Positions 50,913-63,025 of a stretch of DNA of 64,000 bases are shown here, in pieces. Each line of letters starts with the position of its first letter. Position 1 is the stretch's first letter. Made by a program: the position numbers and the translations under genes. Under the pieces are notes generated by a model. It was not told the origin of the DNA. It saw nothing but the letters and a program-made list of their open reading frames with translations, and searched no databases. The DNA comes from Balanoglossus misakiensis (Eukaryota > Animalia > Hemichordata). Location of the stretch: contig CM082597.2 in assembly GCA_040954595.2 (NCBI GenBank), positions 6,473,849 through 6,537,848 of the forward strand, written 5' to 3'.

Positions 50913-51274
50913 CTTTGCAGCTCGAGTCAAAATGCTTGTAATCACATAGCAACACACTGTTCAGTATAGTGTCATTAATTTTGACTGAGTTATGGGGTTT
51001 ATAAAAACTTGGCAAGCCACCGAAGTCACATGATTAATTGAATTCAGTGATTCAGCAAATACCAGGGTCTACCTAGTACCGGCTGAGTACCTGAGAGTTG
51101 AGGTCAAAAGGTTAAACTTGAACACAATGAATCACTGAGAAGAGAATGAAATGTAAACTTATACCAGGTACAGTTGACAAATACCGATATATTGAACTGA
51201 AAGTGGGACACATCATCACATTATACCAATGAACCGTCCCAGATTTCTTGGTACTCATTAGACATTGTGAGCTG

Positions 51275-51430
51275 TTTGTCTCTTCTTGTATTTTGACAAA
51301 TCTTTGCAAACATTCATTGCAAATTATTTGTCTCTTCTTGTATTTTCACAAATTATTGCAAACATTCATTGCAAATTATTTGTCTCTTCTTGTATTTTCA
51401 CAAATTATTGCAAATATCCATTGCTAATTA
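51275..51430. repeat. 52-bp minisatellite, 3 copies
   Basis: 156 bp = 3 x 52. Confidence 0.93.
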
Positions 51431-52146
51431 TAAATATACACATTATGTCTGCATGAAAGTTCCATCTCTAGCAACCAATTTCCCAATTCAGAATTTGTGT
51501 GAGGAACCATATTTCATCATGATGGATGGTATTATACCAATAGTGAAATGTGAATTTTTTTTCTTGAAGACAACTTGGTGGCAACTGACAGTGTTACCAT
51601 AGCAACACTACAAAAACATCAGACCATACTATTATATTTTTTGCTGCTTGTATATGAAATTAAGTTTCATTTCATTTGGCTTTATTTGCTAGATAAACAG
51701 TTTTTGATTTAACTATCAGTCAGCAATTTCTATTCACTTCTTATCTCGGCTAGTACAGCTGTTTTTAAACTGACTGGGGTGTTGAATCCACCCACAAGTT
51801 GAGGTCAAAAGTTCTGGAAGTAACACAATGGACAATTCTTTACACAAAGATAACAGTTGCAAACTTTGACAGAGAATGAAAGAGTTGGCCTATATTGCAG
51901 GTTACTGTGTGAGTCAGTGGCTGATTGTATGATACAGTCTGCACGATAACCCCTCGATTAGGGCGTGTCTCGTACCAGTGATTTGATTGGCTGTTATCGA
52001 GTTATTGGCATGTTCGTCATCGTCTGACAAACCATTTTTTTTACATGAGTAGGGGCAAACTTTTTACGTTTCAAAATCAATTATTTTTTTTACATTGCGT
52101 GAACAGTTTCTATCATAAATTGATATTTTTTGTAAACTTTATGCGC

Positions 52147-53051
52147 AAACTAATTATTTTCGCAATGATTTGCGAATGCTGACAACCTCTGTACGCATAT
52201 CAACCCTTGCGCTTAATTTTGCCTACCCTCCACACAAATGGTTTACACTTCTGCCAAATTCATGTCAACACGAAGTGTCCGGCACAGAGTGTGAATGAAA
52301 ACAGATAGGGCGAATTTCAAGGACTGTAAACTAATTATTTTCGCAATGATTTGCGAATGCTGACAACCTCTGTACGCATATCAACCCATGCGCTTAATTT
52401 TGCCTACCCTCCACACAAATGGTTTACACTTCTGCCAAATTCATGTCAACACGAAGTGTCCGGCACAGAGTGTGAATGAAAACAGATAGGATGAATTTCA
52501 AGGACTGTAAACTAATTATTTTCGCAATGATTTGCGAATGGTGACAACCTCTGTACGCATATCAACCCATGCGCTTAATTTTGCCTACCCTCCACACAAA
52601 TGGTTTACACTTCTGCCAAATTCATGTCAACACGAAGTGTCCGGCACAGAGTGTGAATGAAAACAGATAGGGCGAATTTCAAGGACTGTAAACTAATTAT
52701 TTTCGCAATGATTTGCGAATGCTGACAACCTATGTACGCATATCAACCCATGCGCTTAATTTTGCCTACCCTCCACACAAATGGTTTACACTTCTGCCAA
52801 ATTCATGTCAACACGAAGTGTCCGGCACAGAGTGTGAATGAAAACAGATAGGGCGAATTTCAAAGAATGTAAACTAATTATTTTCGCAATGATTTGCGAA
52901 TGCTGACAACCTATGTACGCATATCAACCCATGCGCTTAATTTTGCCTACCCTCCACACAAATGGTTTACACTTCTGCCAAATTCATGTCAACACAAAGT
53001 GTCCGGCACAGAGTGTGAATGAAAACAGATAGGGCGAATTTCAAGGACTGT
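52147..53051. repeat. 181-bp tandem repeat, 5 copies
   Basis: Starts at 52147, 52328, 52509, 52690 and 52871. Confidence 0.94.
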
Positions 53052-56000
53052 TGTCCTCGCACTGACCCACTTTCTGAAAAAAAAAATTTTTTATTTTTTT
53101 TTCTATTTGGCGTGGTCTTGCCATGAATTGAAAGAAATGACTGTGAACCAGATTAGAATAGGTTCCTCAAATAACAACTCTGTGCATACATACTGAATTT
53201 TGAGAACATGTAATTTTTATCCGAAGTGGTTTACATGGAACACCATAGATAATAACACCAAGAGATTTATCTATCGAAACTAATTAACTTTCCAATGAAG
53301 AAAAACGAATGGAGAGAAAAAAAAAACGCTGAGTAGGAGCTAGCCTAGACAAAAATGCCTAATTTGTAACTTGTCGATCGATCGTATACAACAGCGGCTG
53401 TGAACCCTGTTGTGACTGGTTCTGGAGGCTCAGATAAAAAACACGGCCCTAACACGCAGAGTTACGACTGATCTGTGATTAAAAACATGCATTGTCATAC
53501 GTTTACCTCTAAATGCAACCCGAACTAAAGTACAATTAGCTAAGAACACCGAGGAGATACTTCCGTATTAGTCTGCCTCACATGAATGAGCAAATGATCT
53601 GCCGTAGACAGACGCTCAATATGCATGACCTGCCAGCCTTTCAACCAATAGACGCAGCTCTGTGGTATCACATGACATTTTTAATGAGTTGATCTGCACA
53701 CGTGAGAATTTCCTGCCATGTCACCAGACTTGACATTTACGCCCATTTTTTTTAGCATATTGGAGCATATCTGCCAACGCAAAACTTTAAGGGGAGTGAC
53801 AAATGACATGCTGCGTTCAATAAAATAAAACTGGATTGGACAATGCGGCGCTAAATGCTCACATGACCGAAATCCGGCGTGTGTCAATCAATGGTTTTCT
53901 ATGCATGTCTTCAAACTCATGAGTGTCAAAACAAAATCTGGGTAGGTGGCAAACCGAGAGAGTTGCATTTTGAGGCTGAAAGATCCCTGGAGTAAACCAT
54001 GTCTGGGTGTAGGGGTTTGCACTCTCCTAATGGCTCATATGTTCGAATAAAATGGACTCGAAAATAATAGCATTTTCTATCGTTTTCCTCATATTTATAT
54101 TATACTACGGGCACATCTTACCATTTGACTGCACATTTGACTATTTTGGAATGAAAGGTAATATCAGAAGGGCGTATTTTTCATACAAGATTGCCGATAT
54201 GATTTTTAGACCAAAAAGCACAACATATCAAAGAGAGGCCTGTCAATCCCGCGGAAAATGCACTCTCTATTTGGTCATGCGGTGAGGACTCCTACAGAAC
54301 GGGCAGCATCGTAGGACCCGCTTACCGGGACAGACCATGACTTCCCGAACATGATAGTTGCAGCTTTTTTTGCACAGAGTTGACGCCAATCCTGCTAAAA
54401 ACAAATGCTCCACCTCCAGAAATCAAATGGTTCTCCCCTTATATCTGCAACCCCAGGAAGGGAATTTCAATTTTTGTCCTTTGGAGTGAAGGTTCAATTG
54501 ACTCAAGTAATTGCAAAATACAATCACAGTCACTCCACAAAGATGTATAGTGTTAATTCTCTAGAACTCCAACTTTCAAGTATTAACTGGGGTTTCTTAT
54601 AAAAATATAAACATATGAAACGTAATAGAATTATGAAAACCTGTTTATTCACCACATCAATTTTGCACAACAAATGTATCAGCTGTTAGTCCACACAAAC
54701 TAAACATGATTACAGTGTATGAATGATTTCACCAAAAATTGTGGTCCACTAACAAATTTATGTCAAGGCCACTGTTGACCTGATAATAAACCCCTCATCA
54801 AGAAATCTACAGGAATTTAAACTGGTTACAAAAAAATGTTGCTAGCTGTTTGGTCGTAAATTAAAGTTAAGTGGTCGAATGTTCATGTGATAAGTACTGA
54901 AGTCGACAGAAACACAGTATAATTCAGTAATGTTCATTGTCCAGATTTGTGAGTTATTAGTGTCCATCGATCGTCAACCAAATAATCAATAATTAGCATG
55001 TTTGTTGTCCAGATTATTTACGAGAGTTATAAGTTTATATCGTCAAAACCAAAGTCAAGAAAAATAAAGTGAGTACAACATGTTGCATATAATGAATTCT
55101 ATGATTTCCTGTAAAATGACAAAAAGTTGTTGAAACAGGAAAATTTGATTAAAGTTCATGAAAGTAGAAAACCACTGATAACAGTCAACACATTACATGC
55201 AATCTCAAAAACTAAAGCTCAAAAACTAAAATGGATTAAAAAACAGTACCTACACACATTAGGATCTGAAGAGGCTAAGTTTTTTTAACCCTTTCTCCAC
55301 CATGGTTTGGTCTAACTCCATTGTTCTTCAATGTCAATGTTGGACCTTTACACAGTGAAATGGGGTGGAAGGGTTTTAAGGAAGTACTCTGAATTGTAGT
55401 AAAGAAAAACTGAAAACATATTTTAAAATTTTTTATCAACAGACATATTTATAACACTCAGCTATGAATTCATCATTCATCTAAGTGTGATAACATTGTT
55501 CCACAAAAAAATAACATGGTGGAAAAGTTCAATAAATGTAGTGATCTAAAAAGCACTGGTCATGTCAAACAGCTGAATTATATACTGTTCTTTAAAAAAG
55601 ACATGAAAAAGAAAAAAGTTGTCTGTTTACATGAAAATATTAAAGACTTAGTGGCACTGAATAAAACTGAAGATTGATGTCCAGAACTGACAGATACGAG
55701 TGAATGTTCAGATGTTTCTTTGTTGATCTGTTGTGACATAAAATTGTTGTGTTAAAGCCCCAGTAATGTTTCTGTTTGGCTGTTTTCTGTATTTTTCTGC
55801 CATGCATCAAATCCAGTTTCTTGTTCTTCTCTGGATAGCTTTGTGAAATGTTTTTTTTAGCTTCTCAACAAAGCTACAAAATAGCTGTGTTGAAAAACCA
55901 AAAAACTGAGAATTTATTTAAGTCTCACAGAGAAGAACAAGAAACCACAGTGGATACTGAAAACAATAATATTGAGAAGATTGCCCAAAGTTGGAAGTTA

Positions 56001-57447
56001 CTGGGGTTTTAATTGTTTTGTGATATCTGTCCTGATTTCGGTCTGACCCCAACTGGGTGTAGTCAGATTTGTGTCGGTGAAAAGTCACTGTAGATTTTTT
56101 GACTGACAAAAATTGTACAGTAACAAGGAGGTCATGACATACTCAATAAACGACATGTTATCAGTGTCACCTTGGCAACAGTGGAATTGTTAGTTAACTG
56201 TTAATGTAGCAATTGGACAATAGATATACTTTGCTTTAATTATGAACCATGTAAAATGTTCACAATTTGTTATAGACAAAATGCAAAATTCATGATAACT
56301 TCATAGAAAGTACTGATATTTTTGTCAGTAAATTCTTTTTTTGCTGCCACTGTTGACTGTGACATGAAATACAGATTTTTTCAAAGATACTTTTAACCTT
56401 AAAAAAACACACCACAAAACTATTTAAAAATTGTGTAATCTTGGTTATACTCAGAACCCAAAATTCAAAGTCTCTATCTGTAGTTCAATTAAAAAAATAT
56501 CAGCTGATGTGAATACTGCATGATTTGCATGTCCCCCTTTGGAAAGATTTGTCATGTCAGGAAAAAAACTACAATTTGCTGCCATCTTTCCAATCGGGCT
56601 GACATGGACACAAGTGGGTAAAACATTTCCTCCTTCAAATCTGGGGGTTCTCTCATAAGAATCAAAGAGATGTCTCTTTTGGGAGAAATCTGTCTATCCC
56701 AACAGAAATGTCAACTCTAGTTGTGAGAGTGTTGTATGCACATGGTCTCTGCAGAAGAATAGGAACCTCAGGCAACCAGTTTGCCGTCATAAGTCATTCT
56801 ACAGTTGGTTTCATGTGCGTGACTTCAGATGCAATCTGAAGTTGAGCGCTACATTAGTCATCATCTCAAGTTTTTTTGTGACAGCAAGTGTCTGTTTGTT
56901 TTGTTGTTGTTTGTATCAACTGCAGTTTGTTGTTGAAACCCCTACAGCATATGATGAAATGTTCAGCCTATATGTGTACAGATAGCATTATTATTGCTGA
57001 AAATTGAATTGAATTCAATTCCTTGATCAACAATAATAATGATGCACATGTCTAGGTTCTTTCAACAAACTGAACAGTGGTCATTATAGTGTGGAATAAG
57101 AACTAAAGTTCATATTTACAGACAGAAATACTGAAAACAAAACAAATAGTGGGCCTTAATCTACAAACCAATGTGGCATATATGCATCCAGGTTCTGCCA
57201 TCACCTTCACATGTAAGCCTTATTTTAGTGAAATACACAGTCAAAAAATCTGTCTAAACCAAACTCAGTCTGATCGGGAAACCTGTGTATACTGAACACT
57301 CTTTCCAGTGCCCTTCACATAAAACCACATGTTGAAAGACCCTCTGTAAACCAGACACCTCTGCAAAGTGAACAATATTCTCACTCCCATTGGTGTCTGG
57401 TTTATAGACAGGTTTCACTACAGTTGATACATTGAGATGTGACACTT

Positions 57448-59403
57448 TCACTGTGCAAAGACTTTGAGGCAGTGATTGCCCCAGTCAGCAACCACTACTT
57501 CCATGTCATCTGTCACAGCTACACCAGATGGGCGATCTAACCCATCCTCAGCTTTATCAATGCGACAGATAAATTTACCTTTGTTGTCAAATTTCTGCAC
57601 ATTGTTGTTTTTCTTGTCACAGACATACAGATATCCTGCTTTATCAGCCACTATTCCTTCTGGCCAATAAAGCTCACCTTCACCAAATTCTCCAAATGCA
57701 AACATGAACTCACCATCTGCATTAAATGCTTGAATGCGATTGTTGTTCATGTCTGATACAAACACTACTCCGCAACCGTCAACAGTCAAGAACTGAGGCC
57801 CTCTGAACTGTCCCTGTCCTGTGCCAAAACTCCCAAATGATTTGATGTACTGACAATCACGTGTGTATTTCCTGATGCAGTGACCCTCTTTGTCTGTAAG
57901 GGAATAATCGGCCACTCCATCCCAATCACTCACATACACACTTCCATCTACAGGACTAATAGCAATTCGGGAGGGATTCTTGACTTCTTTCCCAAAGTAT
58001 TTGATCAGAGACCCATTCTCATCACTCACAACTATTTGTGTGTTATCCCAGTCTGTCATGAAGTATTCATCATCAGCTGATATTGCAACATCAATGGGTG
58101 TGAAAGGCTGTGCAAACTGAGTGAATGTGAAACTTGATTTGTGATTCCCATCCCTGTCAGTGATTTGTACTCTCTTGTTACCAGCATCAGCAGTGACAAA
58201 GTTTCTGTGTCTGTTAATACTGATACCTTTAGGGCCATAGAACTGGCCACCTTTGTTACCTTGACATCCAATGGTCTTCACCAAGCCTTTCTTTGTCTCT
58301 ACTGACACTGAATCTTCACGAAGCATTCCCAGCATTCCTCCATCTTTGGTCTCCTCAGCTGGCTGGAATTTCACCATGTTCACTCTGGCATCAATTTCTG
58401 TCTCCATGGCGATTATTTCCTCCATGTGATGTATTGTCTCCTGCTTGGTGGCCATGATCTGGGCTGGTGTCCCATGATGCATCAGTGTTTCTATGTAGCA
58501 GCGTTGGCTTGCAATGTTGCCATGTTTCAGTTCCCACTCATCTATTAGAGCCTCCGTCTGCTTTACTCTCTGTCCATATTTTGTCTGCAGCTCTTTAATC
58601 AACTGTTTCTCCTCCCTCTGTGCCTTCTGTATGACCTTTGCTGTTTTCTGTCTCACTTTCTGTTCTTCCTCCTGGCATTCGACCATCAGTGTCTCTCTCT
58701 TCAGTTTGGCCAGTGTTGTGCTTGTCTTTGCTCCCCATTCTTTTTCTGTCACCTTACACAGCAGATCTCTCAACTGTTTGGTGTAGTCATTTGCAGCATC
58801 TTGCAGATCTGTGTTGGTGTGTTTGTTGTGTTTGGTAACAGCACAAGCCGTGCATGCAGAAACCATACAGGTCTCACAGTAGACTTCGACAACATTTTCA
58901 GGATGGACACTGCAGAAGACTTTTTGTTGCTTCAGGAGAATTGACCATTCTGTATTTTTGTATTCATCCAGTGTCATGACCTTGTGACCTTTCATAAATT
59001 TTCTGTGCGGTTTAGTGCAGGAATCACACATATTCACACTGCAGTCCATGCAATAGTGAGTTCCATCGTTTTCTTCACATCCGTTGCACACAGAAGGCTT
59101 TGAGTCACTCTCTGTAGGACGCTTTTTCAGATAAAGATCGGTCAACGAGTTGATGAAAAAGTTGACTTTCAGTTCAGTCACACCCCCACCAGGAAGCTGA
59201 CATGGCGTACTGCATGTTGGGCAGTTCAGCTTACCTTTCTTTGTCACCAGTGTTGTCAGACACGACTCACAGAATGAATGGTCACATGGCAAGACTTTGG
59301 GTTTCTTGAACAGTTCCAGACAGATCGCACAGGAGAGGAAATCCTCACCAAGCTCGTTCAGAACTTTGTCTAACTCGGAACCTCCAGGATATGCTGCAGC
59401 CAT
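57448..59403 (-). CDS. TRIM-NHL copy 6, 651 aa
   Basis: Intact ORF. ATG at 59403. In-frame indels in NHL loops (DWDGVADYSLTD; GEGELYW). Confidence 0.96.
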   Translation of the reverse strand: MAAAYPGGSELDKVLNELGEDFLSCAICLELFKKPKVLPCDHSFCESCLTTLVTKKGKLNCPTCSTPCQLPGGGVTELKVNFFINSLTDLYLKKRPTESDSKPSVCNGCEENDGTHYCMDCSVNMCDSCTKPHRKFMKGHKVMTLDEYKNTEWSILLKQQKVFCSVHPENVVEVYCETCMVSACTACAVTKHNKHTNTDLQDAANDYTKQLRDLLCKVTEKEWGAKTSTTLAKLKRETLMVECQEEEQKVRQKTAKVIQKAQREEKQLIKELQTKYGQRVKQTEALIDEWELKHGNIASQRCYIETLMHHGTPAQIMATKQETIHHMEEIIAMETEIDARVNMVKFQPAEETKDGGMLGMLREDSVSVETKKGLVKTIGCQGNKGGQFYGPKGISINRHRNFVTADAGNKRVQITDRDGNHKSSFTFTQFAQPFTPIDVAISADDEYFMTDWDNTQIVVSDENGSLIKYFGKEVKNPSRIAISPVDGSVYVSDWDGVADYSLTDKEGHCIRKYTRDCQYIKSFGSFGTGQGQFRGPQFLTVDGCGVVFVSDMNNNRIQAFNADGEFMFAFGEFGEGELYWPEGIVADKAGYLYVCDKKNNNVQKFDNKGKFICRIDKAEDGLDRPSGVAVTDDMEVVVADWGNHCLKVFAQ

Positions 59404-59764
59404 CTTTGCAGCTCGAGTCAAAATGCTTGTAATCACATAGCAACACACTGTTCAGTATAGTGTTATTAATTTTGACTGAGTTATGGGGTTTATAAAAACT
59501 TGGCAAGCCACCAAAGTCACATGATAAATTGAATTCAGTGATTCAGCAAATACCCGGGTCTACCAAGTACCGGCTGAGTACCTGAGAGTTGAGGTCAAAA
59601 GGTCAAACTTGAACACAATGAATCACTGAGAAGAGAATGAATGTAAACTTTGACTGGGTACAGTTGACAAATACCGATATATTGAACTGAAAGTGGGACA
59701 CATCATCACATTATACCAATGAACCGTCCCAGATTTCTTGGTACTCATTAGACATTGTGAGTTG

Positions 59765-59868
59765 TTTGTCTCTTCTTGTATTGTCACAAATCTTTGCGAA
59801 CATTCATTGCAAATTATTTGTCTCTTCTTGTATTTTCACAAATGTTTGAAATCATTCTTTGCAAATTA
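59765..59868. repeat. 52-bp minisatellite, 2 degenerate copies
   Basis: 104 bp = 2 x 52. Confidence 0.88.
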
Positions 59869-60571
59869 TAAACATAAACAATATGTCTGCATGAAAGTTC
59901 TGGCAACCAATTTCCCGATACAGAATTTGTGTGAGGAATCATATTTCATCATGATGGATGGTATTATACCAATAGTGAAATGCAGTTTTTTTTTCTTGAA
60001 GACAACTTGGTGGCAACTGACAGTGTTACCATAGCAACACTAAAAAAAATCAGACCATATTATTATATTTTTTGCTGCTTGTATATGAAATTAAGTTTCA
60101 TTTCATTTGGCTTCATTTCCTAGATAAACAAATTTAACCGTCAGTCAGCAATTTCTATTCACTTCTTATCTCGGCTAGTACAGCTGTTTTTCAACTGGTT
60201 GGGGTGTTGAATCCACCCACAAGTTGAGGTCAAAAGTTCTGGAAGTAACACAATGGACAATTCTTGACACAAAGATAACAGTTGCAAACTTTGACAGAGA
60301 ATGAAAGAGTTGGCCTATATCGCAGGTTACTGTGTGAGTCAGTGGCTGATTGTATGATACAGTCTGCACGATAACCCCTTGATTAGGGCGTGTCTGATAC
60401 CAGTTATTTGATTGGCTGTTATCGAGTTTTTGGCATGTTGGTCATCATCTGACAAACCATTTTTTTTACATGAGTAGGGGCAAACTTTTTACGTTTCAAA
60501 ATCAATTATTTGTTTTACATTGCGTGAACAGTTTCTATCATAAATTGATATTTTTTGTAAACTTTATGCGC

Positions 60572-60752
60572 AAACTAATTATTTTCGCAATGATTTGCGA
60601 ATGCTGACAACCTCTGTACGCATATCAACCCTTGCGCTTAATTTTGCCTACCCTCCACACAAATGGTTTACACTTCTGCCAAATTCATATCAACACGAAG
60701 TGTCCGGCACAGAGTGTGAATGAAAACAGATAGGGCGAATTTCAAGGACTGT
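60572..60752. repeat. 181-bp repeat monomer (single copy)
   Basis: One unit only, followed by the usual gttgtcctctcactg flank. Confidence 0.85.
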
Positions 60753-63025
60753 TGTCCTCTCACTGTCCCACTTTCTGAAAACTTTTTATTTTTATTTTAT
60801 TTTTTCTATTTGGCGTGGTCTTGCCATGAATTGAAAGAAATGACTGTGAACCAGATTTGAATAGGTTCCTCAAATAACCACCATATGCAGACATACTGAA
60901 TTGTTAGAACATGTAATTTTAATCTTCAATGGTTTACATGGAACACCATAGATAATAACACCAAGAGATTCATCTATCGAAACTAATTAACATTCCAATG
61001 AAGAAAAACGAATGGAGAGAAAATAAAACGCTGAGTAGGAGCTAGCCTAGACAAAAATGCCGAATTTGTAACCGCGCCCATTTTTCAATCGATCGTACAA
61101 CAGCGGCTGTGAACCCTGTTGTGACGGGTTCTGGAGGCTCAGATAAAAAACACGGCCCAAACACGCAGAGTTACGACTGATCTGTGATTAAAAAACATGC
61201 ATTGCCATACGTTTACCTCTAAATTCAACCCGAACTAAAGTACAATTAGCTAAGAACACTGAGGAGATACTTCTGTATTAGTCTGCCTCACATGAATGAG
61301 CAAATGATCTGCCGTAGACTGACGCTCATTATGCATAACCTGCCAGCCTTTCAACCAATAGACGCAGCTCTGTGGTATCACATGACATTATTAATGAGTT
61401 GATCTGCACACATGAGAATTTCCTGCCATGTCACCAGACTTGACATTTACGCCCATTTTTTATACCATATTGGAGCATATCTGCTGACGCAAAACTTTAA
61501 AGGGAGTGACAAATGACATGCAGCGTTCAATAAAATAAAACTGGATTGGACAATGCGGCGCTAAATGCTCACATGACGGAAATCCGGCGTGTGTCAATCA
61601 ATGGTTTTCTATGCATGTCTTCAAACTCACGCGTTTCAAAACAAAATCTGGGTAGGTGGCAAACCGAGAGAGTTGCATTTTGAAGCTGAAAGATCCCTGG
61701 AGTAAACCATGTCTGGTTGTAGGGGTTTGCACTCTCCTAATGGCTCATACGTTCGAATAAAATGGACTCGAAAATAATAGCATTTTCTATCGTTTTCCTC
61801 ATATTTATTTTATACTACGGGCACATCTTACCATTTGACTGCACATTTGACTGTTTTGGAATGAAAGGGAATATCAGAAGGGCGTATTTTTCATACAAGA
61901 TTGCCGATATGATTTTTAGACCAAAAAGCACAACATATCAAAGAGAGGCCTGTAAATCCTGCGCAAAATGCACTCTCTATTTGTTCACGTGGTGAGGACT
62001 TCTACGGAACCGGCAGCATCGTAGGACCCGCTTACCGGGACAGTCCATGACTTCCCGAACACGATAGTTGCAGCCTTTTTTTTGCACAGAGTTGACGCCA
62101 ATCCTGCTAAATCCCCCCACAAATGCTCCACCTCCAGAAATCAAATGGTTTTCCCCTTATATCTGCAACCCCAGCAAGGGAATTTCAATTTTTGTCCTTT
62201 GGATTGAAGATTCAATTGACTCAAGTAATTGCAAAATACAATCACAGTCACTCCACAAAGATGTATAGTGTTAATTCTCTAGAACTCCAACTTTCAAGTA
62301 TTAACTGGGGTTTCTTATAAAAATATAAACATATGAAACGTAATAGAATTATGAAAACCTGTTTATTCACCACATGAATTTTGCACTTAAATGTATTAGC
62401 TATTAGTCCACACAAACTAAGCATGATTACAGTGTATTCTTGGTTATTTAAAAAAAATGAACGATTTCACCAAAAATTGTGGTCCACTAACAAATTTATG
62501 TCAAGGCCACTGTTACCTGATAATAAACCCCTCATCAAGAAATCTACAGGAATTTAATTGGTTACAAAAAAATGTTGCTAGCTGTTTGGTCGTAAATTAA
62601 AGTTAAGTGGTCCAATGTTCATGTGATAAGTACTGAAGTCAACAGAAAAACAGTGTCTTGGTGATTATACTAACATACAATAGGTCTCAAAACAGTCAAC
62701 CAACCAACTCAGTAATGTTCATTGTCCAGATTTGTGAGTTATAAGTGTCTATCGATCGTCAACCAAATAATCAATAATTTGCACGTTTGTTGTCCAGATT
62801 ATACATGAGTTATAAGTGTATATCGTCAAAACCAAAGTCAAGAAAATAAAGTGAATACAACACGTTACAAATAATGAATTCTATGGTTTCCTGTAAAATG
62901 ACAAAAGTTGTTGAAACAGGAAAATTTGATCAAAGTTCATGAAAATAGAAAACCACTGATTACAGTCAACACATTACATTTAATCTCAAAAACTAAAGCT
63001 CAAAAACTAAAATGGATTAAAAAAC

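Noticed and set aside
8121-59403. Diversity-generating retroelement as the source of NNC/NNA codon variation
   Set aside because: No reverse transcriptase or template repeat is in the window, the changes are not explained by adenine-only mutagenesis of one template, and indels and patch sharing fit selection plus gene conversion.
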